A stretch of DNA of 62,712 nucleotides, taken from the NCBI GenBank assembly GCA_031430375.1, contig JANPBJ010000207.1:1-62712 (forward strand). The letters are read 5' to 3'. The position numbers and the translations under genes were made by a program. Below are positions 45,509 to 54,420 of this stretch, in pieces (position 1 is the stretch's first letter; each line of letters begins with the position of its first letter). Under the pieces are notes generated by a model. That model was not told where the DNA came from. It did not search any database and saw only the letters and a program-made list of their open reading frames with translations. Origin of the DNA: Acidimicrobiia bacterium. Lineage in GTDB: Bacteria; Actinomycetota; Acidimicrobiia; IMCC26256; JAENVU01.

Positions 45509-46609
45509 ATGCCTCTACGCATGCAAAGTGCGCCACAGTCTGCGGTGTGCCTCGAACCGAGCGTCGCGGCTCCCACCCGTATCCCCAGCCGCGGCTACGT
45601 TCGCGCCGTGCCCCGGCCTCCGACTTCAGCCTTGGTGCGCGCGACCGGTCTGGCCCTCATAGTGTTCCTCGGGGTCGCGTGCGGAACTGACCGTGTCGCG
45701 CCCGAGGCCGGATCGACTAAACCCACGAGCGACCTCGCGGCCAACGGCGCGGCGAACGCGAACCGCACCGAGGTTGCCGGCGAACGCCTCGCTCGGACCG
45801 ACACGATCGCGGTCACACCACTCGAACGTCGGGCCTTTCTGGAGATCACACTCCGTTCTGCCGGCTCGGAACCGGACCGAAATCCGGTGCTCGCACGGTG
45901 GAACCGCGACCCTCGGCTCGGAGTCACGGGCAACCCGACCCCCCAAGACCTTCGCCGCATCGCGGAGGCGGCCCAGCAGTGGAGCCTGATGACGGGGCTG
46001 ACGATCACGGTCGGCACCGAATCGGCCGACGTCCAACTCCACTTCGTGCACCGCGCGGAGTTCGCGACCGTCCTCCAGACCGAACAGCTCGACCCGCCCG
46101 CCGTGGGCCTCACCCGCGTCACCTTCGCACCCAACCACCGCGGCATCATCGACGGTGCGATCATTGTCATCGCGGATGACGATGTTCAGGTTGGACGCAA
46201 CCGCACGATCACGCACGAGATCGGCCATGCGCTCGGGCTCCAGCACTCCTCGTGCGGATCAAGCGTGATGGATGGCTCCTCGGATGGCGACCGATCGGTG
46301 CGCTGGTCGCCCAGCCCACTCGACGCTCGGATGGCTTCGCTGCTGTACGACCCTCGTCTGGTACCCGGTTCCAGCCCCGCCACGGTGCGCCAAGCCGTGC
46401 TGGCGACCGCGACCGAGGGCGTCACCTGCGCGTCCGTCGACCTGGAACTCATCAAGGCCGCCGGTAGCGGTCGGCACTACCTCTGTGCCCGTGGCCCCGA
46501 GGCCCTGCGCCCGTGTACCGCCAACCTCGATCGGGAGCCGAAGCTGCCGATCGTGAACCCCGACGTTTGGACCGATGGCGCCTCGCTGACCAGGCACCTA
46601 CCCCGTTAA
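45509..46609 (+). CDS. Secreted or lipid-anchored zinc metalloprotease (matrixin/M10-like HExxHxxGxxH)
   Basis: HEIGHALGLQHSS motif. Signal peptide ending LIVFLGVAC, a possible lipobox. The start is uncertain: ATG 45509 or in-frame GTG 45608. Confidence 0.7.
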   Translation: MPLRMQSAPQSAVCLEPSVAAPTRIPSRGYVRAVPRPPTSALVRATGLALIVFLGVACGTDRVAPEAGSTKPTSDLAANGAANANRTEVAGERLARTDTIAVTPLERRAFLEITLRSAGSEPDRNPVLARWNRDPRLGVTGNPTPQDLRRIAEAAQQWSLMTGLTITVGTESADVQLHFVHRAEFATVLQTEQLDPPAVGLTRVTFAPNHRGIIDGAIIVIADDDVQVGRNRTITHEIGHALGLQHSSCGSSVMDGSSDGDRSVRWSPSPLDARMASLLYDPRLVPGSSPATVRQAVLATATEGVTCASVDLELIKAAGSGRHYLCARGPEALRPCTANLDREPKLPIVNPDVWTDGASLTRHLPR

Positions 46610-46635
46610 ATCCCTCAGATTCCGGACCCCCCGAG

Positions 46636-46665
46636 TTTCCACTACGGACGTAGTGGTATTACACT
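46636..46665 (+). promoter_or_regulatory. Candidate operator/promoter of sufC-sufS-sufU: palindrome CCACTAC-GGAC-GTAGTGG plus TACACT -10, 7 nt before GTG 46673
   Basis: Read directly. The 15-mer ACGTAGTGGTATTAC recurs upstream of sufB at 13 of 15 positions, in sense orientation (see 55866..55880). Confidence 0.4.
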
Positions 46666-46672
46666 CAGCGGC

Positions 46673-47437
46673 GTGACGACGAGTACCGAGCCTGCCCTCG
46701 AGATCGAGGATCTCCACGTGGAGGCCGACGGCCATCCGATTCTACGGGGCCTGACGCTGAGCGTTGATCCTGGCCAAATCCACGCGCTGATGGGCCCGAA
46801 CGGGTCCGGAAAATCAACCCTGGCCAATACCCTGCTCGCGAACCCGGCCTACACAGTCACCCACGGGAGCATCCGCTTCCTCGGCGAGGACATCACGGAC
46901 CTCCCCACCGACGCACGCGCGGCCCGCGGCCTCTTCCTCGGTTTCCAACACCCGGAGACGGTATCGGGCGTCAGCGTGCTCAACTTCTTGCGCCAAGCAC
47001 TCGCAGTGCGCAAGGGGATCTCCGATCTGTCGATCCTCGAAGTCCGCATGTCGATGATGGACTGGACCAAGCGCCTTGGCATGGACGACCGTTTCACCCA
47101 GCGCTACCTGAACGAAGGCTTCTCCGGTGGCGAGCGCAAACGCAACGGGATCCTCCAGATGGCACTCATGGAGCCTGAGTTCGCGGTGCTCGATGAGACC
47201 GACTCCGGTCTCGATATCGATGCGCTCAAGGCGGTGGCCGACGGTGTGAATATCGTCCGGGAGGCTCGCCCTGAGATGGGCATCCTGCTCATCACTCACT
47301 ACCGGCGAATCCTCGATCATCTCACCCCAGATGTCGTACACATCCTGCTCGACGGTCGCATCGTTTCCTCTGGTGACCTCGAGCTCGCGGGCCAGCTCGA
47401 GGCCGAGGGGTTCGATAGCTTCCGAGACGCGGCCTAG
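46673..47437 (+). CDS. sufC: Fe-S cluster assembly ATPase SufC (canonical copy)
   Basis: GPNGSGKSTL, FLGFQHP, NEGFSGGERKRN, LDETDSGLDIDAL, ITHY. Confidence 0.9.
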   Translation: MTTSTEPALEIEDLHVEADGHPILRGLTLSVDPGQIHALMGPNGSGKSTLANTLLANPAYTVTHGSIRFLGEDITDLPTDARAARGLFLGFQHPETVSGVSVLNFLRQALAVRKGISDLSILEVRMSMMDWTKRLGMDDRFTQRYLNEGFSGGERKRNGILQMALMEPEFAVLDETDSGLDIDALKAVADGVNIVREARPEMGILLITHYRRILDHLTPDVVHILLDGRIVSSGDLELAGQLEAEGFDSFRDAA

Positions 47438-47446
47438 GAAGCGCTG

Positions 47447-48694
47447 ATGACCCTCGAACGCACCGCGCTCGACGTGGCGCGCATCCGCGAGGATTTCCCG
47501 CTCCTCGACCAAACACGCAACGGCCACCGCCTCGTCTATCTCGACAGCGCGTCCAGCGCTCAGAAGCCTCGCTCCGTCATGCAGGCGATGGACAATCTGA
47601 TGGAACGCACCTACGCAAACGTCCATCGCGGCGTGTACGACATTGCCGAGCGGACCACAGCGAGCTTCGAAGCCGCTCGCTCGAAGGTCGCAGGGTTCAT
47701 CGGCGCCCGGGAAGCCGCAGAGCTGGTCTTTACCCGCAACGTCACCGAGGCCATCAACCTCGTGGCCTACTCGTGGGGTCGCGCCAACCTGAACGCTGGC
47801 GATGTGATCGTGCTCACCGAGATGGAACACCACGCCAACATCGTTCCGTGGCAGATGCTCGCCGCCGAGCGGGGCATCGAACTCCGTTGGATCCCTCTCA
47901 CGCTCGACTATCGGCTCGACCTCACCAAACTCGACGAGTTGCTGCGCGGCGCCAAGCTGCTCGCGGTGACGGCCATGTCGAACGTGCTCGGCACCGTCAA
48001 CGACATCCCCCGGTTGGTGGCCGCTGCGCGCGCCGCGGGCGCGCGCAGCCTCGTCGACGCCGCGCAGGCTGCGCCCCATCTCCCTATCGACGTCCAGGCC
48101 TGGGACGCCGACTTTGTGGGTATCACGGCCCACAAGATGCTCGGACCGTCTGGCATCGGCGCGCTCTGGGCCCGCCGAGAGATCCTCGAAGCGATGCCTC
48201 CCTTTCTCGGCGGCGGCGAGATGATCCGCGACGTCCGCAAGGACGGGTTCACCACCAACGAACTGCCGTGGAAGTTTGAGGCCGGGACCCCTGCGATCAC
48301 CGAAGCCATCGGTTGGGGCGCCGCGATCGACTACCTCGAAACTCTTGGCATGGAAGCAATCCACCGCCACGAGGTCGAAATAACGCGGTACGCGCTCCAC
48401 GCGCTCGAGCAACGTTTCGGGGATCGCATCACGATCTACGGACCCACTGATACTGAGCACCGCGGCGGGGTGATCTCATTCCTCTTCCCCGAAATCCATG
48501 CCCACGACGTGTCCCAGGTCCTCGACGAAGATGCCATCTGCGTCCGAGCTGGGCACCATTGCGCCAAACCACTCATGCGGGTACTCGGCATTCCGGCCAC
48601 GAGCCGGGCGTCGTTCTACCTGTACAACGACACCGATGATGTCGACGCACTCGTCGACGGTTTGGTAAAAGCCGAGAAGTTCTTCAGTCTCTGA
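47447..48694 (+). CDS. sufS: Cysteine desulfurase SufS (group II)
   Basis: HHANIVPWQ, PLP lysine in TAHKMLGPSGIG, catalytic Cys in RAGHHCAKP. Confidence 0.9.
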   Translation: MTLERTALDVARIREDFPLLDQTRNGHRLVYLDSASSAQKPRSVMQAMDNLMERTYANVHRGVYDIAERTTASFEAARSKVAGFIGAREAAELVFTRNVTEAINLVAYSWGRANLNAGDVIVLTEMEHHANIVPWQMLAAERGIELRWIPLTLDYRLDLTKLDELLRGAKLLAVTAMSNVLGTVNDIPRLVAAARAAGARSLVDAAQAAPHLPIDVQAWDADFVGITAHKMLGPSGIGALWARREILEAMPPFLGGGEMIRDVRKDGFTTNELPWKFEAGTPAITEAIGWGAAIDYLETLGMEAIHRHEVEITRYALHALEQRFGDRITIYGPTDTEHRGGVISFLFPEIHAHDVSQVLDEDAICVRAGHHCAKPLMRVLGIPATSRASFYLYNDTDDVDALVDGLVKAEKFFSL

Positions 48695-48719
48695 TGGACC
48701 CAACCTAGGATCGACAGCA

Positions 48720-49202
48720 ATGGCCGGACTCGAAGACCTCTACCGCGAGATCATCCTCGACCACTACCGCGCGCCGCGTAACCGTGGGGAACTCCCCGTT
48801 CCTCCCGCGCATCGCGTGGAAGGGTTCAACCCTCTCTGCGGTGACGAGGTTGTGCTGTTCCTCGAGGTTACTGATGGAATCGTGGCCGACGTGAAGATCG
48901 CCGGCCAAGGCTGCTCCATCAGCCAGGCCTCGACCTCCATGATGAGCGCGGCGGTGAAGGGCAAGCCGGTTGCCGAAGCTCGCACGATCATCCGTGCATT
49001 CAAAGCGTTGATGAGCATCCACGAGTCAAAGCTCGGCGGCGACGCAGACGACATCGATGCTGCGGCCGATGAACTCGCCGGCGTGCGCCTCGGCGACCTC
49101 GAAGCGCTGCAGGGCGTGGTGAAGTTCCCGGTCCGCATCAAATGCGCCACGCTGTCGTGGAACACCCTCACTCAAGGACTGGACGAGATCGCCGATCACT
49201 GA
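48720..49202 (+). CDS. sufU: SUF sulfur-transfer/scaffold protein SufU (IscU-like)
   Basis: Three conserved Cys contexts: NPLCGD, GQGCSIS, IKCATLSW. Confidence 0.85.
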   Translation: MAGLEDLYREIILDHYRAPRNRGELPVPPAHRVEGFNPLCGDEVVLFLEVTDGIVADVKIAGQGCSISQASTSMMSAAVKGKPVAEARTIIRAFKALMSIHESKLGGDADDIDAAADELAGVRLGDLEALQGVVKFPVRIKCATLSWNTLTQGLDEIADH

Positions 49203-49304
49203 GTCGTACGAGTCATCCGCACGAAATCTCACCGAGAATGAACAACCTGGCCATATTGGGGAGTGTCCGCCGAGTACGATTGGACCTCCAACGAAGGGAG
49301 CGGC

Positions 49305-49499
49305 ATGACTGAGCAGACGATGGTGACGCCCGACCTGGTGATGACGATCGACCAAGCGCTCGAGCGCTTCGGCCACCGTGATCTCGTCTCCGGTTCTGAG
49401 GTCGTCGACTTCTTGCTCGACCTGCGGCTCGCCGTAGTGAACAGCTCCGACCGGGCCATCGCCCAACTTCTCGACGAAGAGCGCCAGCCCACGGCATAG
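49305..49499 (+). CDS. Small hypothetical protein (64 aa) downstream of sufU
   Basis: ATG 49305 is preceded by GAAGGGAG at 4-nt spacing. The ORF-track start is 49263. No recognisable domain, and it is not DUF59/SufT-like by eye. Confidence 0.4.
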   Translation: MTEQTMVTPDLVMTIDQALERFGHRDLVSGSEVVDFLLDLRLAVVNSSDRAIAQLLDEERQPTA

Positions 49500-49500
49500 A

Positions 49501-49545
49501 GGGCGAGCGGATAGGCAACTCCCGCCAAACGGAATCCGCTCGCCC
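49501..49545 (+). terminator. Hairpin with an 11-bp perfect stem (GGGCGAGCGGA / TCCGCTCGCCC), directly after the 49499 stop
   Basis: Read directly. It has a 23-nt loop and no U-tract, as is common for high-GC actinobacterial terminators. Confidence 0.45.
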
Positions 49546-49808
49546 GTGGCCCGAGCGGCCCGTGAACGAAGTGAGCAAGAGCGGGAATCAGTTCGGGAGA
49601 TCGACGACGCTTGGGCCTATTCGCGCGGGTCCTGAGTTCCGGCGGAGCGATCATTCGCTTCACTGGGTCAGCACCACCGCGTTGTGAGTGATTGCGAGTG
49701 GCGCGCTTGGCCCCCCGACAGTGCTCGAGGTGCCGAACGGCATGCGCCGAATCGAGGGACGTGGCAGGTACGCTCGCTACCTCCCGAGGAAGATCGATCG
49801 GCACCATC

Positions 49809-50858
49809 ATGGCTGACGCAACTCGTCAAGAACGTCGCGCCGAGTCCCGCCGGACCAAGCGCTCGCGCCACAGGTGGCTCGCGGTCGCGCTCGCAGGTGT
49901 CGTCGCAGCCGGTGCCGCAGTTGGAGTCGGCGTCGCCATTACCAACTCGGACCGCTCGGAGGCCAGTGCTGCGCCCACTCATCGGAGCACCACCAGCTCG
50001 TCATCGTCGTCCACCTCCACCCAACCAACGACGACAACCACCACGCTGCCGCCGTTGCTCCAACCCGCCGCCGCGCTGACCCTGCCACCAATCGGCCGAT
50101 CGCTCGGGTCCGGCTCGAACCCGGACATCGTCCGCCCGTACCAACAGCGCCTCGCCGAACTACATTTTGATCCAGGCGCCGTCGACGGCAACTATGGCCA
50201 GGCCACCACCTACGCCGTCGAAGCCCTCCAGAAGATTGCGGGCATCGAACGCACCGGGCGCATCGGGCCCGCGGAGGCGATGACGCTCGCCGCGTATCAA
50301 CACCCGCCACCGCTTCAACCCACCGGTGAGCCCAATCGCACCGAGGTCGACGTTACGAAGCAGGTCATCACGCTGTACGAGAACTACCAAGTTCGACTCA
50401 TCACCACGACGTCAACGGGTTCCGGCGAGAGCTACTGCTTTAACTCGCCCCGCGACAATCCCACACAGCGCATTTGTGAGGTGGCGACCACGCCATCCGG
50501 CCGGTTCACCTACACGCGGTTCGTTTCCGGTTGGGATAGGTCGCCGCTCGGCCAGCTCTACCAGCCGTTCTACTTCAACGGTGGGATCGCAGTACACGGC
50601 TATTCGAGCGTCCCCACTACTCCAGCCTCGCACGGGTGTACTCGGGTTCCCATGCACATCGCCGAGTACTTCCACACGTTGGTCAAGGTGAACGACCCGG
50701 TGTACGTCTTCGGAGGGACTCCCGCCCAAATCCTTTCGAGCACGCCGCTCACCTCTGCGCGGCCCGCGCGGCCGGCTCCGACGGTACCGCCCGTCACGGC
50801 ACCGCCCGCAACGACGCCGCCGCCGACCGCGGCACCGGTCACGCCACCTGCGAGTTAG
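49809..50858 (+). CDS. L,D-transpeptidase with a PG-binding domain and a Pro-rich C-terminal tail
   Basis: ATG 49809 (MADATRQERRAESRR), then a TM helix and a Ser/Thr linker. PG_binding_1-like LHFDPGAVDGNYGQATTYAVEALQK, and a YkuD core with HGY...SHGCTRVP. Confidence 0.8.
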   Translation: MADATRQERRAESRRTKRSRHRWLAVALAGVVAAGAAVGVGVAITNSDRSEASAAPTHRSTTSSSSSSTSTQPTTTTTTLPPLLQPAAALTLPPIGRSLGSGSNPDIVRPYQQRLAELHFDPGAVDGNYGQATTYAVEALQKIAGIERTGRIGPAEAMTLAAYQHPPPLQPTGEPNRTEVDVTKQVITLYENYQVRLITTTSTGSGESYCFNSPRDNPTQRICEVATTPSGRFTYTRFVSGWDRSPLGQLYQPFYFNGGIAVHGYSSVPTTPASHGCTRVPMHIAEYFHTLVKVNDPVYVFGGTPAQILSSTPLTSARPARPAPTVPPVTAPPATTPPPTAAPVTPPAS

Positions 50859-50861
50859 TCC

Positions 50862-51917
50862 ATGAGTGAACTGATGCGCGCCTGGCAGCTCCGCGAGTAC
50901 GGACGCCCCCGCGAGGTCCTCCAGCTCGACACCGTGGAAGTCCCCACGCCCGGTGCGGGGGAGGTGCTCGTGAAGGTCCAGGCGATCCCGTTCAACCTCA
51001 ATGATCTCGAGCGCATCACCGGTGGCAACATGATGGTCCGTCCCGAGTTCCCGTACAGCCCCGGGATGGAAGTGATGGGAGTTGTCGTCGGGTGCGGCGA
51101 CGGTACGGAAGCCTGGTCGGGTCGTCGGGTCGTGGCGATGCCCGGCGGAGCACATGGCGGATTCGCCGAATACGCCGTGTGCGCGGTGGCCTCGACATTC
51201 GAGATGCCGGAATCGGTCCCGCTTCCGGGCGCCGCCGCGCTGTACTTCCCCTTTCACCTCGCATGGCTCGGGCTCTTCGATCGAGCCGAGCTGCAAGCAG
51301 GTGAAACGGTGCTCATCCATGCTGCAGCCGGTGGATCAGGATCGGCGGCGATTCAACTCGCCAAGCGCGTCGGAGCTCGAGTCATCGCGACTGCGGGCAC
51401 CGACGCCAAGGTGGCACTGTGTCGGGATCTCGGAGCGGACGTTGCCATCAACTACACGACTGCCGACTTTGCCGCCGCGGTCCTTGCCGATACCGCCAAC
51501 CGCGGCGTGGACGTGGTGTTCGACAACGTGGGCGAAGCAGTCATGGACGCGTCAATGAACTGCACCGCGTACAACGGCCGCTACCTGATGATGGGCTTCG
51601 CCTCCAACAAGCTGGTGGCCGACGAGCCGTTCATCGTGCCGCGCCGAGTGGCCCTCGGGAACTTCAAGCTCTGCGGCGTTCTCCTCGCGTATCAGCCGCC
51701 CGAAGTCGCGGAGATGGTGAAGACCGCGATGGGTTGGAACTTCGCGTCGAACGAGCTCGGAGCAACGATCATGCGCGAGATCGTCGAGCTGGTAGTGGCC
51801 GGAACCGTGAAGCCGGTGGTCGGACGCACGATCAGGTTCGAAGAAATTCCGGATGCGATCGAAGCGATGGAGCACCGCGAGACCGTGGGCCGGACGATTG
51901 CCCTGCTCGACGCCTGA
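50862..51917 (+). CDS. NADPH:quinone oxidoreductase / zinc-type medium-chain dehydrogenase family
   Basis: MDR fold with the AAGGSGSAAIQLAK nucleotide-binding motif. 351 aa. Confidence 0.85.
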   Translation: MSELMRAWQLREYGRPREVLQLDTVEVPTPGAGEVLVKVQAIPFNLNDLERITGGNMMVRPEFPYSPGMEVMGVVVGCGDGTEAWSGRRVVAMPGGAHGGFAEYAVCAVASTFEMPESVPLPGAAALYFPFHLAWLGLFDRAELQAGETVLIHAAAGGSGSAAIQLAKRVGARVIATAGTDAKVALCRDLGADVAINYTTADFAAAVLADTANRGVDVVFDNVGEAVMDASMNCTAYNGRYLMMGFASNKLVADEPFIVPRRVALGNFKLCGVLLAYQPPEVAEMVKTAMGWNFASNELGATIMREIVELVVAGTVKPVVGRTIRFEEIPDAIEAMEHRETVGRTIALLDA

Positions 51918-51935
51918 GAACGCGCGCCCTGCCGT

Positions 51936-52706
51936 TCAGAATCGGGCGGGAGCAGGTACCGCGATCGGGCCGGGGATCTCAATACCGAGGCGTTGCGCCA
52001 GGCCTTCGTAGCCGGATATCTCGAGTTCCTCAGCGAGCTCCGGGCCTCCCGAGGTCACGACGCGACCGCCCATGAAGACGTGCACGCGGTCGGGTCGTAG
52101 TTCCGTGAGCAGACGGGCGTAGTGCGTAATCGCGAGGACTCCGACACCAACATCGTTGGTCAATGCTTCGATGCGACGAGCGACATCGCGCAGTGCATCC
52201 ACATCCAGACCGGAGTCGATCTCGTCGAGAACCGCGAAGCGGGGTTGGAGCACCGCCAGCTGCAGTGTCTCGGTGCGCTTCTGCTCTCCGCCGGAGAACT
52301 CGACGTTCACTCCACGAGCCAAAAACTCTTCGCGCACACCCAGCCGCTCTGCTTCCGGCACGATCCGGGACAGTGCATTGGCATCACCGTCAGTCGCCGC
52401 AGCGACAAGTTCCAAGACACGAACGCCGGCCACCTCGACCGGGTACTGATGGGTCAAGAACAGACCCATCCGCGCCCGTTCCCACGTGGGGAGTTCCAAC
52501 AGTTCTTGGCCGTCGATTGTGACCGAACCGCGTGTGACCGTGTAGTCGGACCGGCCCATGAGCACATGAGACAGCGTGCTCTTCCCCGACCCGTTCGGCC
52601 CCATGAGTGCATGCACTTCGCCGGAGTTCACCTCGAGATCAACGCCCCGTAGGATCTCGATGTCACCGACCGACGCGTGCAGGTCTTGAATCTTCAACCG
52701 GCTCAC
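51936..52706 (-). CDS. sufC: SufC-like ABC ATPase (divergent second copy, in the sufB-sufD-Rieske operon)
   Basis: GPNGSGKSTL, FLTHQYP, FSGGEQKRTETLQ, LDEIDSGLDVDAL, ITHY. It is clearly more divergent from the canonical SufC motifs than 46673..47437. Confidence 0.8.
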   Translation of the reverse strand: MSRLKIQDLHASVGDIEILRGVDLEVNSGEVHALMGPNGSGKSTLSHVLMGRSDYTVTRGSVTIDGQELLELPTWERARMGLFLTHQYPVEVAGVRVLELVAAATDGDANALSRIVPEAERLGVREEFLARGVNVEFSGGEQKRTETLQLAVLQPRFAVLDEIDSGLDVDALRDVARRIEALTNDVGVGVLAITHYARLLTELRPDRVHVFMGGRVVTSGGPELAEELEISGYEGLAQRLGIEIPGPIAVPAPARF

Positions 52707-53035
52707 TTCACCACCACCATGACGTCGTCGTCCTGCACTTCAAGCGCGTAGACCGCAACCGGTTGGGTAGCCGGGAGCGTCTGGGGATCGCCCGTGGTGA
52801 GCGAAAATGTCGACCCATGTTTCGGGCATTCAATTTCGCACTCATCCGCCCAGACATCGCCTTCGGCCAACGAAAAATCCGCGTGTGAGCATTCATCGGC
52901 GATCGCGTACCAACCGCCGTGGCCGTCATCGACGTCGGGAAGATGGACCACGCAGAGGCGGGCACCCTCCACATCGAAACGGTGCGCGGTACCCACTGCG
53001 ACATCGGCGGTGGAACACACCCGCACGCCACTCAT
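52703..53035 (-). CDS. Rieske [2Fe-2S] ferredoxin-like protein
   Basis: CSH...(17)...CPKHGS ligand pattern. 110 aa, with 4-nt overlaps to both neighbours. Confidence 0.85.
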   Translation of the reverse strand: MSGVRVCSTADVAVGTAHRFDVEGARLCVVHLPDVDDGHGGWYAIADECSHADFSLAEGDVWADECEIECPKHGSTFSLTTGDPQTLPATQPVAVYALEVQDDDVMVVVK

Positions 53036-54336
53036 GCCCCGCGCCCGTGGAGGTGGCCGACCTTCTCATGTACCGCACGCCGTAGGGGCTCGGCCAGCGC
53101 TGGTACCGGGAGGCGAGAGAAGACGTCTTCGAAAAAGCCGAGCACGATCAAACGCTCCGCGTCGTCGGGCCGAACGCCACGGGTCTCGAGGTAATAGAGC
53201 TGATCGTCGTCGATTGGACCAACCGTGGAGGCGTGCGAACACCGAACGTCGTCGGCTTCGATCTCGAGGTTCGGGATCGATTCCGCGCCCGCGCCCTCAG
53301 TGAGCACCAAATTGCGGTTCGACTGCGTCGCTTCGACCTTCTGTGCGTCAGGCCGGATGCGGATAAGTCCCGAGTACACCGACCGAGCGGTGTCTTCGAC
53401 CGCGCCTTTGAAGAGCAGGTCGCTGCGGGTGCGCGGCGCAACGTGATCCTGAAACGTCCGGAAGTCATGCATCTGGTTGCCATCGCCGAAATAGACCGCG
53501 AGCAGATCGCTCTGGGCGCCCTGACCGTCGAGGCGCGCCTCGGTGCGCAGGCGCGCGTAGTCGCCACCCAGCGCCACCGCGGAAGACGAGAGCCGCGCAT
53601 CCCGACCCAAGTGCGCGCGTTGGAATCCAATCGACCAGGTTTTGTCCCCGTACTCCTGAACACTCACATGGCGAACGTGGGCGCCGTCACCAATCGCGAT
53701 CTCCACGACCCCGTTCACAAGATGGGCGACACCGGGGGCTGACGCGTGCCGTTCGAGCACCGTCACCTCACTGCCCGCATCCGCCACCACGAGCGTGTGC
53801 GGGAACGACGCCAGGCCGTCGCCCTCGGCCCAGTGCAGCACCACGATCGGCTGCTGCACCACCACTCCGCGGGGCACCTTTACGAAGGCGCCACCGGCCA
53901 GAAAAGCATCGTGCAGCAGGCTGAAGGCGTCTGGTGAAGCATCCGCCACCTGGCCTAACCACGGTTCTACGGCCGGCGCTTCACAGGTGGCGAGTCCACA
54001 GACGGTGACCCCTTGTGCGACAAGCTCGGGACTCAGTTCATGATGAACGACGCGCCCGTCACGCACCACCACCAGCGCGGCCCGTTCGCCGAGTTCGGAC
54101 GCGAGCGGACCACCACCCGGCGCGTTCTCTACCCCGGGCTCACCAAGCTCCGCCGCGGTAAGCGGACGGAATCGCTCGAGATCGAGTTGGTTGATGCGCG
54201 AGTATCGCCAGATCTCTTCGGCGTCGGTAGGCCACGTGATGTTCGCGAGCTGCTCGGCCGCTCGCTGGCGACGCGCGACAAGCCAGGCCGGGCCGCCGAG
54301 TGCGCCCGCGGCATCAGGAGTGAATCCGTGGGTCAT
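53032..54336 (-). CDS. sufD: Fe-S cluster assembly protein SufD
   Basis: 434 aa in the position after sufB. The C-terminal beta-helix region carries ...LEIEADDVRCSHASTVG....LYYL..RG. Confidence 0.85.
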   Translation of the reverse strand: MTHGFTPDAAGALGGPAWLVARRQRAAEQLANITWPTDAEEIWRYSRINQLDLERFRPLTAAELGEPGVENAPGGGPLASELGERAALVVVRDGRVVHHELSPELVAQGVTVCGLATCEAPAVEPWLGQVADASPDAFSLLHDAFLAGGAFVKVPRGVVVQQPIVVLHWAEGDGLASFPHTLVVADAGSEVTVLERHASAPGVAHLVNGVVEIAIGDGAHVRHVSVQEYGDKTWSIGFQRAHLGRDARLSSSAVALGGDYARLRTEARLDGQGAQSDLLAVYFGDGNQMHDFRTFQDHVAPRTRSDLLFKGAVEDTARSVYSGLIRIRPDAQKVEATQSNRNLVLTEGAGAESIPNLEIEADDVRCSHASTVGPIDDDQLYYLETRGVRPDDAERLIVLGFFEDVFSRLPVPALAEPLRRAVHEKVGHLHGRGA

Positions 54337-54420
54337 CGAATGAGTGCTGCGGTCAGCCGACCGAGCCCTCCATCAATCTGGTCAGCTGCGGTCGGAGTAC
54401 CGGCCCGGGCGCGTTGCGCG

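Noticed and set aside
46814-48460. 548-aa minus-strand ORF opposite sufC/sufS
   Set aside because: Shadow ORF antisense to two well-supported suf genes.
49546-49808. Possible c-di-AMP (ydaO-type) riboswitch upstream of the L,D-transpeptidase gene
   Set aside because: Only short fragments resemble the consensus (CCGAAUC and GCUACCUC). The GGGGACCCA and GGGUGAAUC cores are absent and the spacing is wrong. A cmsearch would settle it.
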